DNA of 64,000 nt from Lama glama (GCA_028534125.1 CM052817.1:14820001-14884000), one strand, 5' to 3'; numbered from the stretch's first letter, positions 39,176 to 51,923 are shown. A program made the numbers and translations. The notes: generated by a model from the letters alone, not told the origin.

Positions 39176-41296
39176 TCTCCTCGTGCCATTTGTGAGCGCA
39201 GTAGGCAAAACTGAAGACTGTGACTAGTGTAGGTGGTTTGGTTACAGCAGAGATAGTGGAAGGAAACAGAGAAAGAGTTTACATGGCAGAGAAGTGAAGA
39301 TACCAAATGGAACACTAGATAGCACAACCCTGACTGAGTTCTTTAGCCTCCCTGCCTCTTCCCTCCCCCCACTTCTGAGAATCTTTTATCTTGCTAACCT
39401 CCTGCTTTCCTCTTATTTCTCTGCCCCAATTTTGCTTCCTATTCCTCTCTCAAGTGATTAATACTTCTCCTCATTTCATGCAGAATAATTCAACATTCAG
39501 CTCTTTTAAGGCTTGGTCTTGGTCTAACATCCATCCCTTTGGTTCTTAACTGTCACAAGATATTTCCTCAAGCAAAGGCAGTTTATTCAGTAAGAAGAGT
39601 TCTGGAAATATCCGTTAAGATAGTAAATCTTTCCACTTCTTTGCAGAAGGAGGGATTTACTCTTAGGATAAAGAACAGTTCTTTATTTCAACAACGGCTA
39701 TTTATTTCAAATAAATTTAACTTTATGATAAGCTTATGATGCAATCCTTCTCTGATTATGAGGACAAAGTGGCAAAAATTTCACAACAGACTGAAACCAC
39801 TTATTCATTTAGCTGTTTGTTCATCAGAATAAATTGAGCATCTCCAATCTGTTGGCAGTAGTTATTGAACAGGTCCTTGTGAACCACTGGGATGAGCTAC
39901 CTACAGAGCTTGGTCAACACTGTGACCTTGTGCCTCGCAGCTTGTGGTGCTCTGTTGGTGAATGTTAGATCTCTCTGAAAATATAAGGCTTTGGAATGCA
40001 GATAATAGAACCACATCCAGATCACAGAGGTAACATCTGGTTGAGGTCAGGAAGCAGAAGGATGAAACATTCCCTTATTTGGGGGAATTGTAAAATATTG
40101 ATACTGTCTAAGCTATATTGTTTCTGGCTAGTTTTTGCCAAGGACTATATCCAGTATTTGCTGCTACAGGGGAGAGCTTTGAATGATCATGACTGTTGTC
40201 TTATTGTGATCCTACTCATTCACAATGATTGTCCCCTTATTTTCATATGTTACAGACCATTTCCTTATAAGTGATGTCAATAGGGTGGGTATTCTTTATG
40301 TCTTGAGGGTGAAAGATAATGAAGGAGAAGAATAGGAGAGTTAATAAAGGGACAAAGATTAGGAACGGTAATGAAGAGAGAGAGCAAGAGAACATAATAG
40401 AGGTGATGAGGAAGAGAAAGGTAATTAAAAAAGTGAACGGTGAAAGGGCTGCTTCCCATAAGGCCATGTTCCTCGCTCATCTTGCCCTTCATGCCTGAGC
40501 AGCACGCCCTCATCCTGAGGCCATGGCACTCCCATTTCAAGCGCTCTCCTTTCTCTTGCGCTCATATATTCTACCGATGGCTTGCGCTGCAGACATACTT
40601 TGACAGGGCTGTTGTTGTCTCCTCTGAAATGTTCTCTTACAGTCTACTTCTGGTACATTTTTGTTTTTAGCATCTAGAATCCTTTGACATTGAATATCCT
40701 TTTGAGGTAGAAACACTGGAAAATTCAGTTTTCCTATTTTCAAAGGACAGGGCTCCCCACTCCAACCACAGAGTCTCATAGTGAGCCCTAACGCTGAGTC
40801 ACAGACCAATTTGTTCCAGAAACACATAGGTTTGCTCAGCCACACCTTTTCTCTGGAGTTGGTTGTGGACCACGCTTGGCCCTATGAGAGGAAGGTGAGG
40901 TTAAAATTGTGCTATTGGAAAGGACTGATGAGTTTTCAGAGAAGATTAATGTGTGACATGATAATGATATCAGGCCAGAAAATTGCTGTGTAAGAAAATG
41001 CACAAACTGTACAATGAAGCAAAGATTAGATACTAACGTGCACCTACAAAATGGTTTCAAATACGTGATCTAATTCAGGTCTTCAAATGGGTGAGTTGCG
41101 CTGTGTGGAGGGCGTGTTTTGTGTTGGTTTGGCCGAGTTGGAGCCATGTTCCCAGAATTTCCTTCCCTGTATGTGGCCCTACATGGGCCACAAGAGACTT
41201 ACATTTTTATTTTATTTTTAATTGTGGTTATAAATACATAACTTTAAATTTACCATCTTAAACTTTATAAAGTGTACAGTTCAGCACTGGTAAATA

Positions 41297-41779
41297 CAGA
41301 TCTTTCTCCACTTAAAAATGGGGTTATGTCCCCATAAGCCCTATTCTAAGTCAAAAATGCATTTAATACACCCAACCTAATGAACATCACAGCTTAGCCT
41401 AGCCTGCCTTAAACGTGCTCAGAACACTGACCTTAGCCTATAGTTGGGCAAAATCATCTTAACATAGAGCCTATTTTGTAATAAAGTGTTGGATAGCTCA
41501 TGTAATGTACTGAAACTACTATTGTACTGAAAGTGAGAACAGGAATGTTTGTGTGGGCACAGCATGATTGGAAGAGCATCGGTTGTTTATTCTCATGACC
41601 GTGGCTGATGGGGGGCTTCAGCTACCACTGCCCAGAGTCATGAGAGAGGATCATAAGGCATATCCCAGCCCAGGGAAAGATCAAAGTCAAAATTCAAATG
41701 TGGGATCTGCTGAATGCATATGACTTTCACACTGTCATAAAGTTGAAAAATCATTAAGTCAAGCCATTGGGACCGTCTA
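41297..41779 (+). mobile_element. MER47/Tigger5-like TcMar DNA transposon
   Basis: TA|CAGAT...ATGGGGTTATGTCCC...GCTTAGCCTAGCCT...GGGACCGTCT(A)|TA. Confidence 0.85.
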
Positions 41780-42087
41780 TATATTCACCTTGTTGTGTAG
41801 CAGATCTCTAGAACTTTATCCTCTTGCAAAACTGAAGCTCTAGGCCCATTAAACACTAATCTCCCTACTCCCCACCATCAGTCCTTGGCAATTACCTGTC
41901 TACTTTCTTTTTCTATGAATTTGGTTACTTTAGACACCTTGGATGAGCGGAATCATGCAGTATTTGTTCTTCTGTGACTGAGTTAGTTCACTTAGCATAA
42001 TGTCCTTGAGATTCATCCATGTTGTAGCATATGATAGCATTTTCTTTTTTTAAGGGTGCATAATGTTCTCTTGTATGTATATGACAC

Positions 42088-42312
42088 ATTTTTTTAACAT
42101 TTTTTATTGATTTATAATCACTTTACAATGTTGTGTCAAATTCCAGTGTTCAGCACAATTTTTCAGTCATTCATGGACATATACACACTCATTGTCACAT
42201 TTTTTTCTCTGTGAGCTACCATAAGATCTTGTATATATTTCCCTGTGCTATACAGTATAATCTTGTTTATCTATTCTACAATTTTGAAACCCCAGTCTAT
42301 CTCTTCCCACCC
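42088..42312 (-). mobile_element. Lineage-specific L1 3'UTR fragment
   Basis: TTTTAACATTTTTTATTGATTTATAATCA... Near-identical to 44494-44655. Confidence 0.85.
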
Positions 42313-42549
42313 CGAGGAACCTCCATACTGTTTTCATAGCAGCTACACTATTTTACATTCTCAAAAGGGCGCAAGGGTTCTGATTTCTCTGTATCATCAC
42401 CAGTATTGGTTATTTTCCATTCTTTAGTTGGGTTTGAGAGGGTATGCTCATTGCAGTTTTGATTTACCTACAGGAGAATTTTTGTGTGTGATTTGGATGG
42501 TAAAATAAAGTAGCAATCAATCTTTTTATACGTTGAATACCAGGGCAAG

Positions 42550-42778
42550 TAGGATTGTCAGTGAAATACAGGGTGCCCAATTAAGTTTGAATTTCAGATA
42601 AACAAAAATAATTTTTTGCTATAAATAAGTCCGGATACTGCAGGGGACATACTTATATTAAAAAGGGATTTGTATGCAATATTTGGTATACATTTATACC
42701 TAAAAAGTATTTGCTCATAATATGAACTTCAAATTTAACTGGGCACTCTGTTTTTATCTGCTAAATTTGGCAACACTA
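42550..42778. mobile_element. MER33/MER3-like hAT-Charlie element
   Basis: Long inverted termini: CAGGGTGCCCAATTAAGTTTGAATTTCAG ... TTCAAATTTAACTGGGCACTCTG...TTGGCAACACTA. Confidence 0.8.
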
Positions 42779-44094
42779 AGTTCAGGGCACCTGGCACTGT
42801 TGTAGGTCATACACGTTGCTAAGGATTTGCAGGTTGACCCTCTGGCATGGGAATTGGCCAGATCTGCTTCACCTCCAGCGACTTCTATATCTCTTCAGTC
42901 TTGCTGACTCTTGGAGCAGGTGTGTATTTTTTCTGAAGTGTCCATCAATGGATGAATAGATAAAGACAATGTGGCATATATACCCAAGGGATATTATGCA
43001 GTCTTTAAAAAGTGATGAAGGAAGCACCTTATCCAGCAGGAATACCCCTGTCATTGATACCGGAGGCTTGGAGACAGTGAAAGACCAATGTGGGTTTCAG
43101 AACATCTCATGGATTCCCCTCGGCCTAAAAGGTACCTACGTGTCTTACTTCCCTATTTCACATTTATATCCTCTTCTAGATGGCCGACATTGTTGACTTG
43201 GGCTATAGCAGCAGATGCAGAGTCAACAACCTCACTTAGATGGTCCACTCTGCTTCTACAACTGTGTAAGATTACACCTCTGGAATGAATCATCTATCTA
43301 TATACCCATATCTATGTCTGTGTCTGCATCTATATCTGTATCTCCCTCTGGTAATTCTGTTTCTTTGAACAAAACCTGAATGGTAAAGGCTGAAATTTGT
43401 TTATATACATTTATATATGAAGACACTGGATCTCAAGGTGTTAAATACCTTATTCAAGGTTATACAAATAGTGAGTGGTAGGAAGAAGCAATATTTGATC
43501 TTGGTCTATCTACCTCCAAAAACCATGGTCAGACTAACCTATCTCAGGGAATACAATGGGGCAATCACACATATGTGGAATATTAATTGATTGATGAGTG
43601 TCACATTCCAAACAAGCAAGGTAATTAATCTAATTCAGCATTAGTGATTAAGTCTCATTAATACTATATTTAGTAAGTGAACATCTAATTTCTTCCAAGA
43701 GACATAGATAAATTGGAGAAATTTTTAGACTATCAACCAGAGAGGGATTTAGAAAGAGGAAATGTTAATGACATAATGCAGGCAGTGAAGTATACAGCAA
43801 AGAATAGAAGGAAGTCCTGGTTGGTGCATAAGGGATATAGCACAGTTCACAGAACTGGGCAGAGAAAAAGATTTTAATTCCAGAGCACTAACAAAGGATT
43901 TTTAAGAGGAGCAGTTTCCTTATATCTGCCATTCTGGAGAGTGTAAAAGGTGGTTACAATTCCCAGACTACCAGTTGAATACTCAACTGCCTTAAATTAC
44001 TTCAAATAAGTAAAATGGCCAGCCCAAAGACCTGGCCCCACCTCTTCCTTGTTTTATTAATTCTAAGATGCATTTATTCTTTTCTGTGGTCTTT

Positions 44095-44385
44095 TAAAAT
44101 ACACTTTACTTTTTAGAGCAGTTTTAGGTTCACAGGAAACTTGAGGGGAAGGTACAGAGTTCCCATATGCCCCCTGTCCCCATGTGCATAGCCTCCCCAT
44201 CACTGCCCCCCACCAGAGTGGTACCTCTCTTACAGCTGATGAACCTACATTGTCACATCATAATCCCCCACCATGAGCATAATTTACATCAGGGCTTGTT
44301 CTTGGTGTTGTACATTTTATAAAATAGTTTCACTGCCCTAAACTCTTCTGTTCATCTCCCTCTAGCCCCTGGCAACCACCAGAAC
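44095..44385 (-). mobile_element. L1MC/MD-like 3' end
   Basis: TTTTAGAGCAGTTTTAGGTTCACAG...GGTACAGAGTTCCCATA...GATGAACCTACATTG. Confidence 0.85.
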
Positions 44386-44432
44386 ATGAGAATTCCTTTT
44401 GGTGTTTTAACATCTCAGAGTTAGGATGTATC

Positions 44433-44655
44433 TTTTTTTTTTTTTGAATTGACATTTTTAATAAGTTCTCTGGGGCTATCATTAGTTGTAATCTTTTTTT
44501 AACATTTTTATTGATTTATAATCATTTTACAATGTGTCAAATTCCAGTGTAGAGCACAATTTTTCAATTATACATGAACATATATATATTCATTGTCACA
44601 TTCCTTTCTCTGTGAGCTACCATAAGCTCTTGTATATATTTCCCTGTGTGGTATA
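44433..44655 (-). mobile_element. Lineage-specific L1 3' fragment with a second tail (probable 3' transduction)
   Basis: L1 3'UTR 44501-44655, T7 at 44494-44500, 48 bp of non-L1 sequence, then T13 at 44433-44445. Confidence 0.75.
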
Positions 44656-44709
44656 GAAAATAATGGTGCCTTTTGTAATTGGTGACATCTTATAATCTGT
44701 AAAATATAG

Positions 44710-45390
44710 TAGTTTGTGATCTTGGGCAAATTAAACTCTCTATGCCTCAGTTTCCTTATGTCTAAGGAATTATATGGGATAGTAATAATCTCTCTTGCAT
44801 AAGGCTGTTGTGAGGAGTAAATGAGAAAACCATACGAGGTGTTTAGAGCAGAGAAAATTATCTGTGTCACAATGATGCTGTGTAACAAACCACATGAAAA
44901 CTTGGTGGCTTAAAGCAATAACCCTTTATTATTTCAGTGTGGTGGTTCTTCTGAGCTGGGCTCCTGGGGGCTCACTCCTGCATCCACGGTGAGCTGTGGG
45001 TCAGCCAGGAAGCTTTGCTTCTCTTGGCTGGGCTCTCGCACATGTCTGGAGTCGTGACTAGGAGACCCCTCTGCTTCATGTACTCTTTCATCCTCTCGCA
45101 GGCTCATCTGGGCTTGTTCTCCTGGTGATGGCAGAGTTCCAAGAGTGAGTCTCAGAGCTTTGCGTTCTGTTGGGCAAAGCATGTCACAAAGCGAACCCAG
45201 GTTCAGAGAGTGGGGAGACAGACTTCACCTTGTGCAGGTGGAGCTGCAAAGTCACATTCCAGAGGACATGGATATGGGGTTGGATTGGGAAACTGGGGCT
45301 GTTTTTAGAACCAATCTACCATAGTCAGTGCCTGGTGCATAGTGAGTGTTCGATAAATCTTACCTGCCATTATTATCACCATCATTAATG
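44710..45390 (+). mobile_element. MIR split by an MLT1 LTR
   Basis: GTGATCTTGGGCAAATTAAACTCTCTATGCCTCAGTTTCC before the LTR; AGTGCCTGGTGCATAGTGAGTG after it. Confidence 0.8.
44855..45323 (-). mobile_element. MLT1H-like MaLR LTR
   Basis: GCTGTGTAACAAACCAC...GTGGCTTAAAGCAATAAC ... GAGCTGCAAAGTCACATT...CAATCTACCATA. Confidence 0.8.
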
Positions 45391-46534
45391 AAGGTCGTCA
45401 GTAATTATAAATTGAGTTGAATTGGTTTAGTCCAACTTAGTTGAAGAAAAGAGCATAGGTTTACCCCCCAGGCTGCTGACGTGCCCACCAGAGTCTCAGA
45501 AGCATTCGGTCTTGGAATAAAAAAGATGGAAAGCTATTTGTCCAACTACTCTCACTCCTCTACTGGGCAGAAAAATGGGCTTAAAGGAGGTGAAATTGGT
45601 TCCCAGTTGCACAGCAGAAGAGTTTGGGTGCCCAGTTCCTGTGCCAGGGCTCTTTACCCTACAATGCAACTTCCTGTCCAAGTTTAATGGTAGAAACAGA
45701 AAAAGTTCTATTTCTTTTTAAATCCACAGCAAAATGAAACTTGAGATAAATACAAAATGTAATAAAATAAACTATCACAAATATATATTTGTTCTTTTTA
45801 TCATTTTAAAAGTAAGCTTTTACTGTGTTAGAATTCGAGTTCTTTTTAATGATGTTTAAATATTGTATAAATATAAAAATAATTCTCAACTTTTAATGAC
45901 AGCTATCTATTTTCTATTTCAAATATATATGCAATAAGTAGATTTTTTTTTATTGGACTTCAGTAAAAATAAGCAGCACATGAAATTCAGATACTCTTTT
46001 AACAGAGAAGGCAAGGACAACTTTTTGTTGGTTTAGAGTTAGACACAATGAAATGAACCATATAGTATTTAAATACTTAGTAAACCTGATTTACTATTTC
46101 AAAGAACAAAATCTGTAAGTACACTTAGTCAAATTATTGGACATCAAAGACATTCTGGAAGTAGTTTTTGTATAAAAGTAAATTGGATGGAAATTTACAA
46201 ATTCAAGGTAACATTAAAACGCTCAGCGAAATGCATTTGTTATTTTGTCTCCTAATAAAAACCACACACATTAAACTTGTACTTGTGTGGCTGTGTCTCT
46301 GTTATTTGCTCACAGATACTCAAGTGTGCATTTATTAGAGTTAATGGAGAGAGCATTGGATTTGAATTCAGGAGACTTTGATGTGAAGCTGGCAGTTATA
46401 AAGCCCTGGGTAGTGACATAAATTTCTTGTATAGAGGAGCATATATTTTAAAGATTTCTGTGAAGGAGCTGTGTGCATATAGACAAACAGAAGTTCCTTG
46501 TCTTTCTACAAGATAGGTTTTTTTTTTGTCTTAA

Positions 46535-47010
46535 AGTTTTTTTAAATTGTAGTAAATACACAAAATACAAAATTTACCATCTTAACCATTTTTAAGGGCA
46601 CTGTTCAATGACATTAAGTACATGCACTTTGTTGGGCTACCATCACCACGAACCAGTCACAGAACTCTTACTATCTTGCTAAACTGGAATTCTGTACCCA
46701 CAGTAATTCCTCATTCTCCCTTCCTGCAAGGGGGGATTCTGCTTTCTATCTCTGTGAATCTGACTATTCTGGACATCTCATGCAAATGGAATCATAACAG
46801 TATTTGTCCTTTTGTGACTGGCTTACTTCTTTCTGGTTAATGTTCTCAAGGTTCATCTATGTAGCATATGTCAAAAATTCCTTCCTTTTGAAGGCTGAAT
46901 AATATTCCGTTGCATGTATATACTACATTTTCTTTATCCATTTGTGGACATTTGGGTTGTTTCCACCTTTTGGCTGTTGAGAATAATGATACTATAAATA
47001 TGAGTGTATG
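46535..47010 (-). mobile_element. L1MB-like 3' fragment
   Basis: AAAATTTACCATCTTAACCATTTTTAAG...TGGAATCATAACAGTATTTGTCCTTTTGTGACTGGC. Confidence 0.88.
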
Positions 47011-49169
47011 CCACAAAATATTTTTACCTGCAGCATATTAAAAGTATTCAAGCTGATATTACTTGTAGACAACATACTCATTTTTCAATTCATTGTGACA
47101 AAACTTCCAATTCATTTTAGCCAATCTAGTGGGGCTTAGGCAGCTCTTGAAATCAACTCATTCCATTGAGGGGTGGGTGCATACTAGGTCATAGAGCACA
47201 ACCTCAGGCATTAAAAAAATATTTTTAAAGGAAGAAATAACTATGAGTAAATGCTATCCTGAAGAGTTGTACTCGATGAGGAAACTTCATGTAGTTCCCC
47301 ATCGTTGTTGCTGGTAACAGGTTAATGCACTCACTCAAGATGTGCCCCGTCCTGATGAAAAATCCCTTCTGGTTTGATGTCCCCTCTTACACCCTTCTCT
47401 TAACCTCTCAGATCATGAGACAGTTCTGGGTGCTTTTTGATGCTCCCCAGAGCTGAAGAAACTTCAGTGGGCTGACTTATGTCCTCTCCATCCAGGAGAG
47501 GCTTGCCACTGTTTCTGATGCTGCTTTACACACTGGTGCTGCTGCTGCTTGTGGTGGTGACATTTTTGTAAGTCTCATCAACAAAGTGCGCCGCACTGGT
47601 GGAGGTCTCTTAACCCTGGGGTTCTCCCTAAACCCAGCTGTGGTTTCTGTCCTGCCTCCTTTCTGCCTCTCCAGCATGGCCTGCCCCATTTCCTGAGAAG
47701 CATAAATCGGTAGTTGGCACTATTTCCTTCTCTCAGAAGGACACCCTCATCCACTTATCCCAATGGCCTTCAGGTTCCTCAGCTGACTATTTTCCAATCT
47801 AGTGTTAGGCGTACAGTTTGTGGTTCAGTTCCTTTGGATTGTGACCTTCCAAACATAAAACTAAATTACTGTGGACTTTTTTTTTTTTGAGAGAGAGAAA
47901 GAGAAGAAAAAAATTTCTGATATTCATACATTAAAAGAACTTAATTTCAAGTTTATTGTTTAAATGAGGAGGTTCAGGAGCAAATTCTGAAACTCCAAAG
48001 CCAGGATAGCACTCTGTTCTCAATATTCCGTGTAATCTCTACCCCCAGGCAATGCATGTGGGGGGCAGCATCTGCGCAAGGTCAAAGGGAAAAAAGAAAA
48101 TGAACTCCAGGTGTTCACTCAGGTTGGGAAGACCCACGGAGAGCCACAGAAGGGGAGGAGCAGAGGTGGTGATAAAAGTGTGCAGCTTGGAGGGTCTGAC
48201 CTGGATGGCTGGGGCTGGAGGCCGGGGAAGCACAGTTCAATACCTGGCTACAGCAGTTGCCTCTCCAGTGCAGTGAGGAAGTAAGTGGGAAGCAGGGCTG
48301 ATGGGTGTGCCTCTGGAGGGGGAAGGGAGCTGACTAACACACATGTTAGCCTATGTCCAGGCACAGTGGTAAATTACCTGATTAATCCTCATAACCACAC
48401 AAAGCAGTACGAAAGCTGATGTCCAACTTCGAAATAAGGAAGAAAGGGATCTTGGGTTAGAATCTTAAAACCCTAATTAAGGAGTCTTACCTTTTATTCA
48501 GAGCAGACAGTTTCAACACAGGATTATTCAGGAATAAACCAAGAAGAAAGATGGATGCTCCTGATTCTTTAAAATGTGTTTATGGCTCTAATCTATTTGC
48601 ATCTCTGTTTACCCAGAGGATAAACCAAGAGATTGGAAGGGCTGAAGGCAAAGACTTGCAACCTTTCTTTGGGGCTAATTAGTGATCATTTGGTGTTAAC
48701 TCATGGAGCTGTTGCTCAGCATGGGTTTCTATGAAGCTAAAGACCAAAGCCAGGACTCTGGGTCCCAGCTCCTGCCCCTGTGGTCAGGGCGGACCCCATC
48801 TGTCTCTTTCTTCCAGCTTCTTGGTCCTCTGCATCTCTGCCTTGACAGATGGTTTTAAGGATGAAATTATTTTTTGGCTGTTTGTTCAACAACTAACGTA
48901 TGCTTGATATTTTAAGCTACCTTTTTTTTTTGGCTATCATATAACACAATTTACAGTAATGAACTTAGAATATTTAGACATATAAATATCTTTCTACCTT
49001 ATAATTTTTACACAGAATTTGTACTTGTTAAAAATATTTTCACACTCCTTCTGAAAAAGAAGTGGAGTTACATGGTTGTATTAAAGTTGTGGGAGAAGTG
49101 AGAGGAGGAAGAAGAGCAGTAAGGAGTTTGAATCAAACCCCTCAGTTAAAAATCTGAGGTCCCTGATTG

Positions 49170-49600
49170 CTTAGTGATGGAAGCTTGGTCTGTCTGCCCA
49201 TACTTGTACCTTAAAACCACGTGTTCTGATATTAGTCCTGTAAGTTCCTAAGATGCTGTGTATTGCCCCAGTGATCCTCGAGCAAATTACTTGATCAGAA
49301 TTTCTTAGCTGGTAAAATATAGATAAAATAGTACCTAACACATAGGGCTGTTGTGAGATTAAACAAGAAAATCTACACTGAGCGCTAAAATAGCACATGG
49401 TTTCATAAAGAATAGGACATCAGTCCTGAACTGGTTTGACGTGTATTCAAATTCTGAAAAAACTACTTACTCTTTGGAAAGATGGTTTCTTATAGAAATT
49501 TACAATGATTAAATTAGCTAATCTATGGAAAATGCTGAGAAAAATGGCTGACCCATGTAAATATTTGGTAAATGTTAGCTACTACTATTCATACTAATAG
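49170..49600 (+). mobile_element. Two adjacent degenerate MIRs
   Basis: ATAGTACCTAACACATAGGGCTGTTGTGAGATTAAA; TATTTGGTAAATGTTAGCTACTA. Confidence 0.6.
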
Positions 49601-51386
49601 CATTGTAAACTGCCCCAGGATGCTTTCAGATTGTTTTTAACACCTGAAATCTCTATTGCACCATCTACATACTGTTTATAAGGTTCCATTACCAGAAAGT
49701 CTTGTAACCTTGTACAGTGTTGCCTGTAGAGTGGAGACGGAATTAGGGAATAAAAAATAATTAGAAAAATTCTTAGTATCCTCATATGTTAATTTCTCCT
49801 TATTTAGTTCATTTCCTGCAATTAAAAGCATTTTAATCACAAGCCCCTCAGTCTCAAACTTGTCCTTTCGCATTTGGTAAATGCCTGTTATTTCTAATGG
49901 ATGTTTGTATCATTTCATTATTTTTTCCTATTTAATTTATTGGTGTTCTTCATGAAATTGGTTTATTTCGTAGAAGGCTCCCCAGAGTTTTATTCACTGA
50001 TGATTTCTTTGTTTTTGATAGTTGCTTTTTCATCCTTGGAGAAAGTTTCCTACACTATTAATGAGAGTCTAACGTGATCTTTTAACCTTCCTAGATGCCT
50101 AGAAACAGGCTTTTTGTAGAAGGAAAGCGATTATAGAACCTCTCTCAATTTTGCCAGTCAGACACCTTGAAGAAATCAATTAGTAGGCAAATTATTAACT
50201 AATTGAGCATTTAGAGTGTTCTTACTTTTGAAAAATCAATTAGGCCTTTGCCCTTAATTTTCCAGCATTACTTCGTTATTAATTGTTTTCAACAGCAGTT
50301 CATCAGCCATGGACCCAGATCAGCTGACAGTTGTTTTTTGTTTATATTCTGTGCTTAATTGATTAAAACAATGAGCAGAAAACTTTTAACATCATTGATC
50401 ATGTCACGGAATGCTGAGTAATTGGCTGGCAAAATGCGATTTTTTAAAATTAATGATTCAATGGTCCAAAGGTTCAATTCAGCAGCAGATTGCAGTCAGC
50501 AAGGAGAGAGGATTTTTCAGTATTTCTTCAACATGGATGATCTGAATAATAGCCCCACCTCATTCTTGGAGCCAATTCTATTTTTCTGTCCTCATTAGTG
50601 ATCATTTCTTGTTCTATATAAAGCACAGGAGGTCACATTTATTATCTTAATGATGCTATTTTATTACCACTGGGTAAACATAGCTTTCAATTCAAATTTT
50701 GAAGAGATTGCCATTGTTGTCAGAGATACCAAAAGAAGATAAATTGACAGAATGCATTTCTGTGCTTTATAAGGTCTTCAAGTGGGGGCAGTGGTGGGAA
50801 GTGCGTGGAAAGGGGTTCGGGAGTCTCATTTCAGTAATGTAGTCTTCTGGAAAGCCTTTCTTGAAGCGAATCTTTGCACGCCCTGGGTCCCCTTTCTCTG
50901 CTCGGATGGCTGTGTAGACATAGCTTTGTCCCTACAGCCATCTCCATATTGGGCTTATTTGCCTGGCTGCCTAACTAACCAAAGAAACTGCAAACTCTCC
51001 ATGGTCCTAGACTCACCTAAGTGTCTTTGTATCTTTAGTACTGCTCTTGTTTTGGGAACAGAATTAGCACTGCGTTGGTTGACCAAAGGAAAGGGAAACA
51101 CACACACACACACACACATACCCTCATTCGGCTTGGGAAACATATTTTGGTTATGTAGATAAAATTCATTATCATTATGAAAATACCATCTATCTTTCCT
51201 TAACGTATCAAAACAAAGTCCCTGGATTTCCAAGCTGTCCCTGACAAACAGTAGGCAAATTTCTCTGTATTTTTTCTGTTGATAAGACCTCAGAGTTCAG
51301 CCAGGATCTTAGGTCAACTGCTGAAAACCATTTTAATCCCCACCCTCTCTGAGTCTTCAGATACTTCCTGAGCTAAAATTTTAAAC

Positions 51387-51655
51387 CAGTGTTCTCCAAA
51401 GTGCTTTGGTAGAAAGATGTCCCTCAAGGTATTTCTAACAAAAAGATGACATGTAATCAAACAAATTTGGTGAGACACAGCAAATTCATCCCTTCTGGGG
51501 ATGTACAATGTGCATTAGACCATTAATGGTTCTGAGAAGTCCAATCAAGATTTTGTAGAGCCCAAGTTTTTTGACCTTGAAACGCTTTTTGTGGAGCATT
51601 CATGAACATCTCAAGGAATGAGTGGTCTATAGGATATGCTTTGAGAATTGCTGCT
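51387..51655 (+). mobile_element. MER103C-like hAT-Charlie element
   Basis: CAGTGTTCTCCAAAGTG ... CAATGTGCATTAG...TCTGAGAAGTCC ... CTTTGAGAATTGCTG (TIRs). Confidence 0.7.
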
Positions 51656-51923
51656 CTAACCAGTAACCTGAGTAGGAGAATGTGATTTTGGCTGTGCTTC
51701 ATGTGTGAGAAAAATGTGGCGAGGAGAGTTAGAAACTCAGCCACTGCTCACAGGCATTCTCCTCCACTACTGTGGCAATTTTAATTGTTTCACTTTCCAT
51801 CATTTGTTGCTTTCTTTTCTAGTAATAGTTTTTCACTGCAGAAAACTCAGAAAACAGATAAAAGTAAAAAGGGAAAAAGTCTTTATAGCTGTTTTGTTTA
51901 AAGGAATCCATGCTCAAATAAAT

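Larger units (their letters stand above)
41203..42465 (-). mobile_element. L1MB-like 3' fragment (split twice)
   Basis: TTTAATTGTGGTTATAAATACATAAC...AAATTTACCATCTTA. Continues at 41780-42085 and 42315-42465. Confidence 0.8.
41100..43385 (+). mobile_element. MLT2E/F-like ERVL LTR hosting nested insertions
   Basis: 5' piece TTCCCAGAATTTCCTTCCCTGTATG...GGGCCACAAGAGA. Resumes near 42470 and 42780. 3' end TTCTGTTTCTTTGAACAAAACCTGA. Confidence 0.65.
44050..44710 (+). mobile_element. MER104/Kanga-like TcMar-Tc2 element in three pieces
   Basis: AATTCTAAGATGCA (~44060), TTTTAACATCTCAGAGTTAGGATGTATC (~44405-44432) and GACATCTTATAATCTGTAAAATATAG (~44685-44710) fall in consensus order, separated by two L1 inserts. 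Confidence 0.55.

Noticed and set aside
38998..39327. Poly-Gln / poly-Cys-Leu ORFs
   Set aside because: They are translations of a (CAA)n microsatellite with no other coding signal.
40430..40700. CpG-containing stretch with overlapping ORFs, possible processed pseudogene
   Set aside because: No recognisable protein in any frame, and no poly-A tail or TSD.
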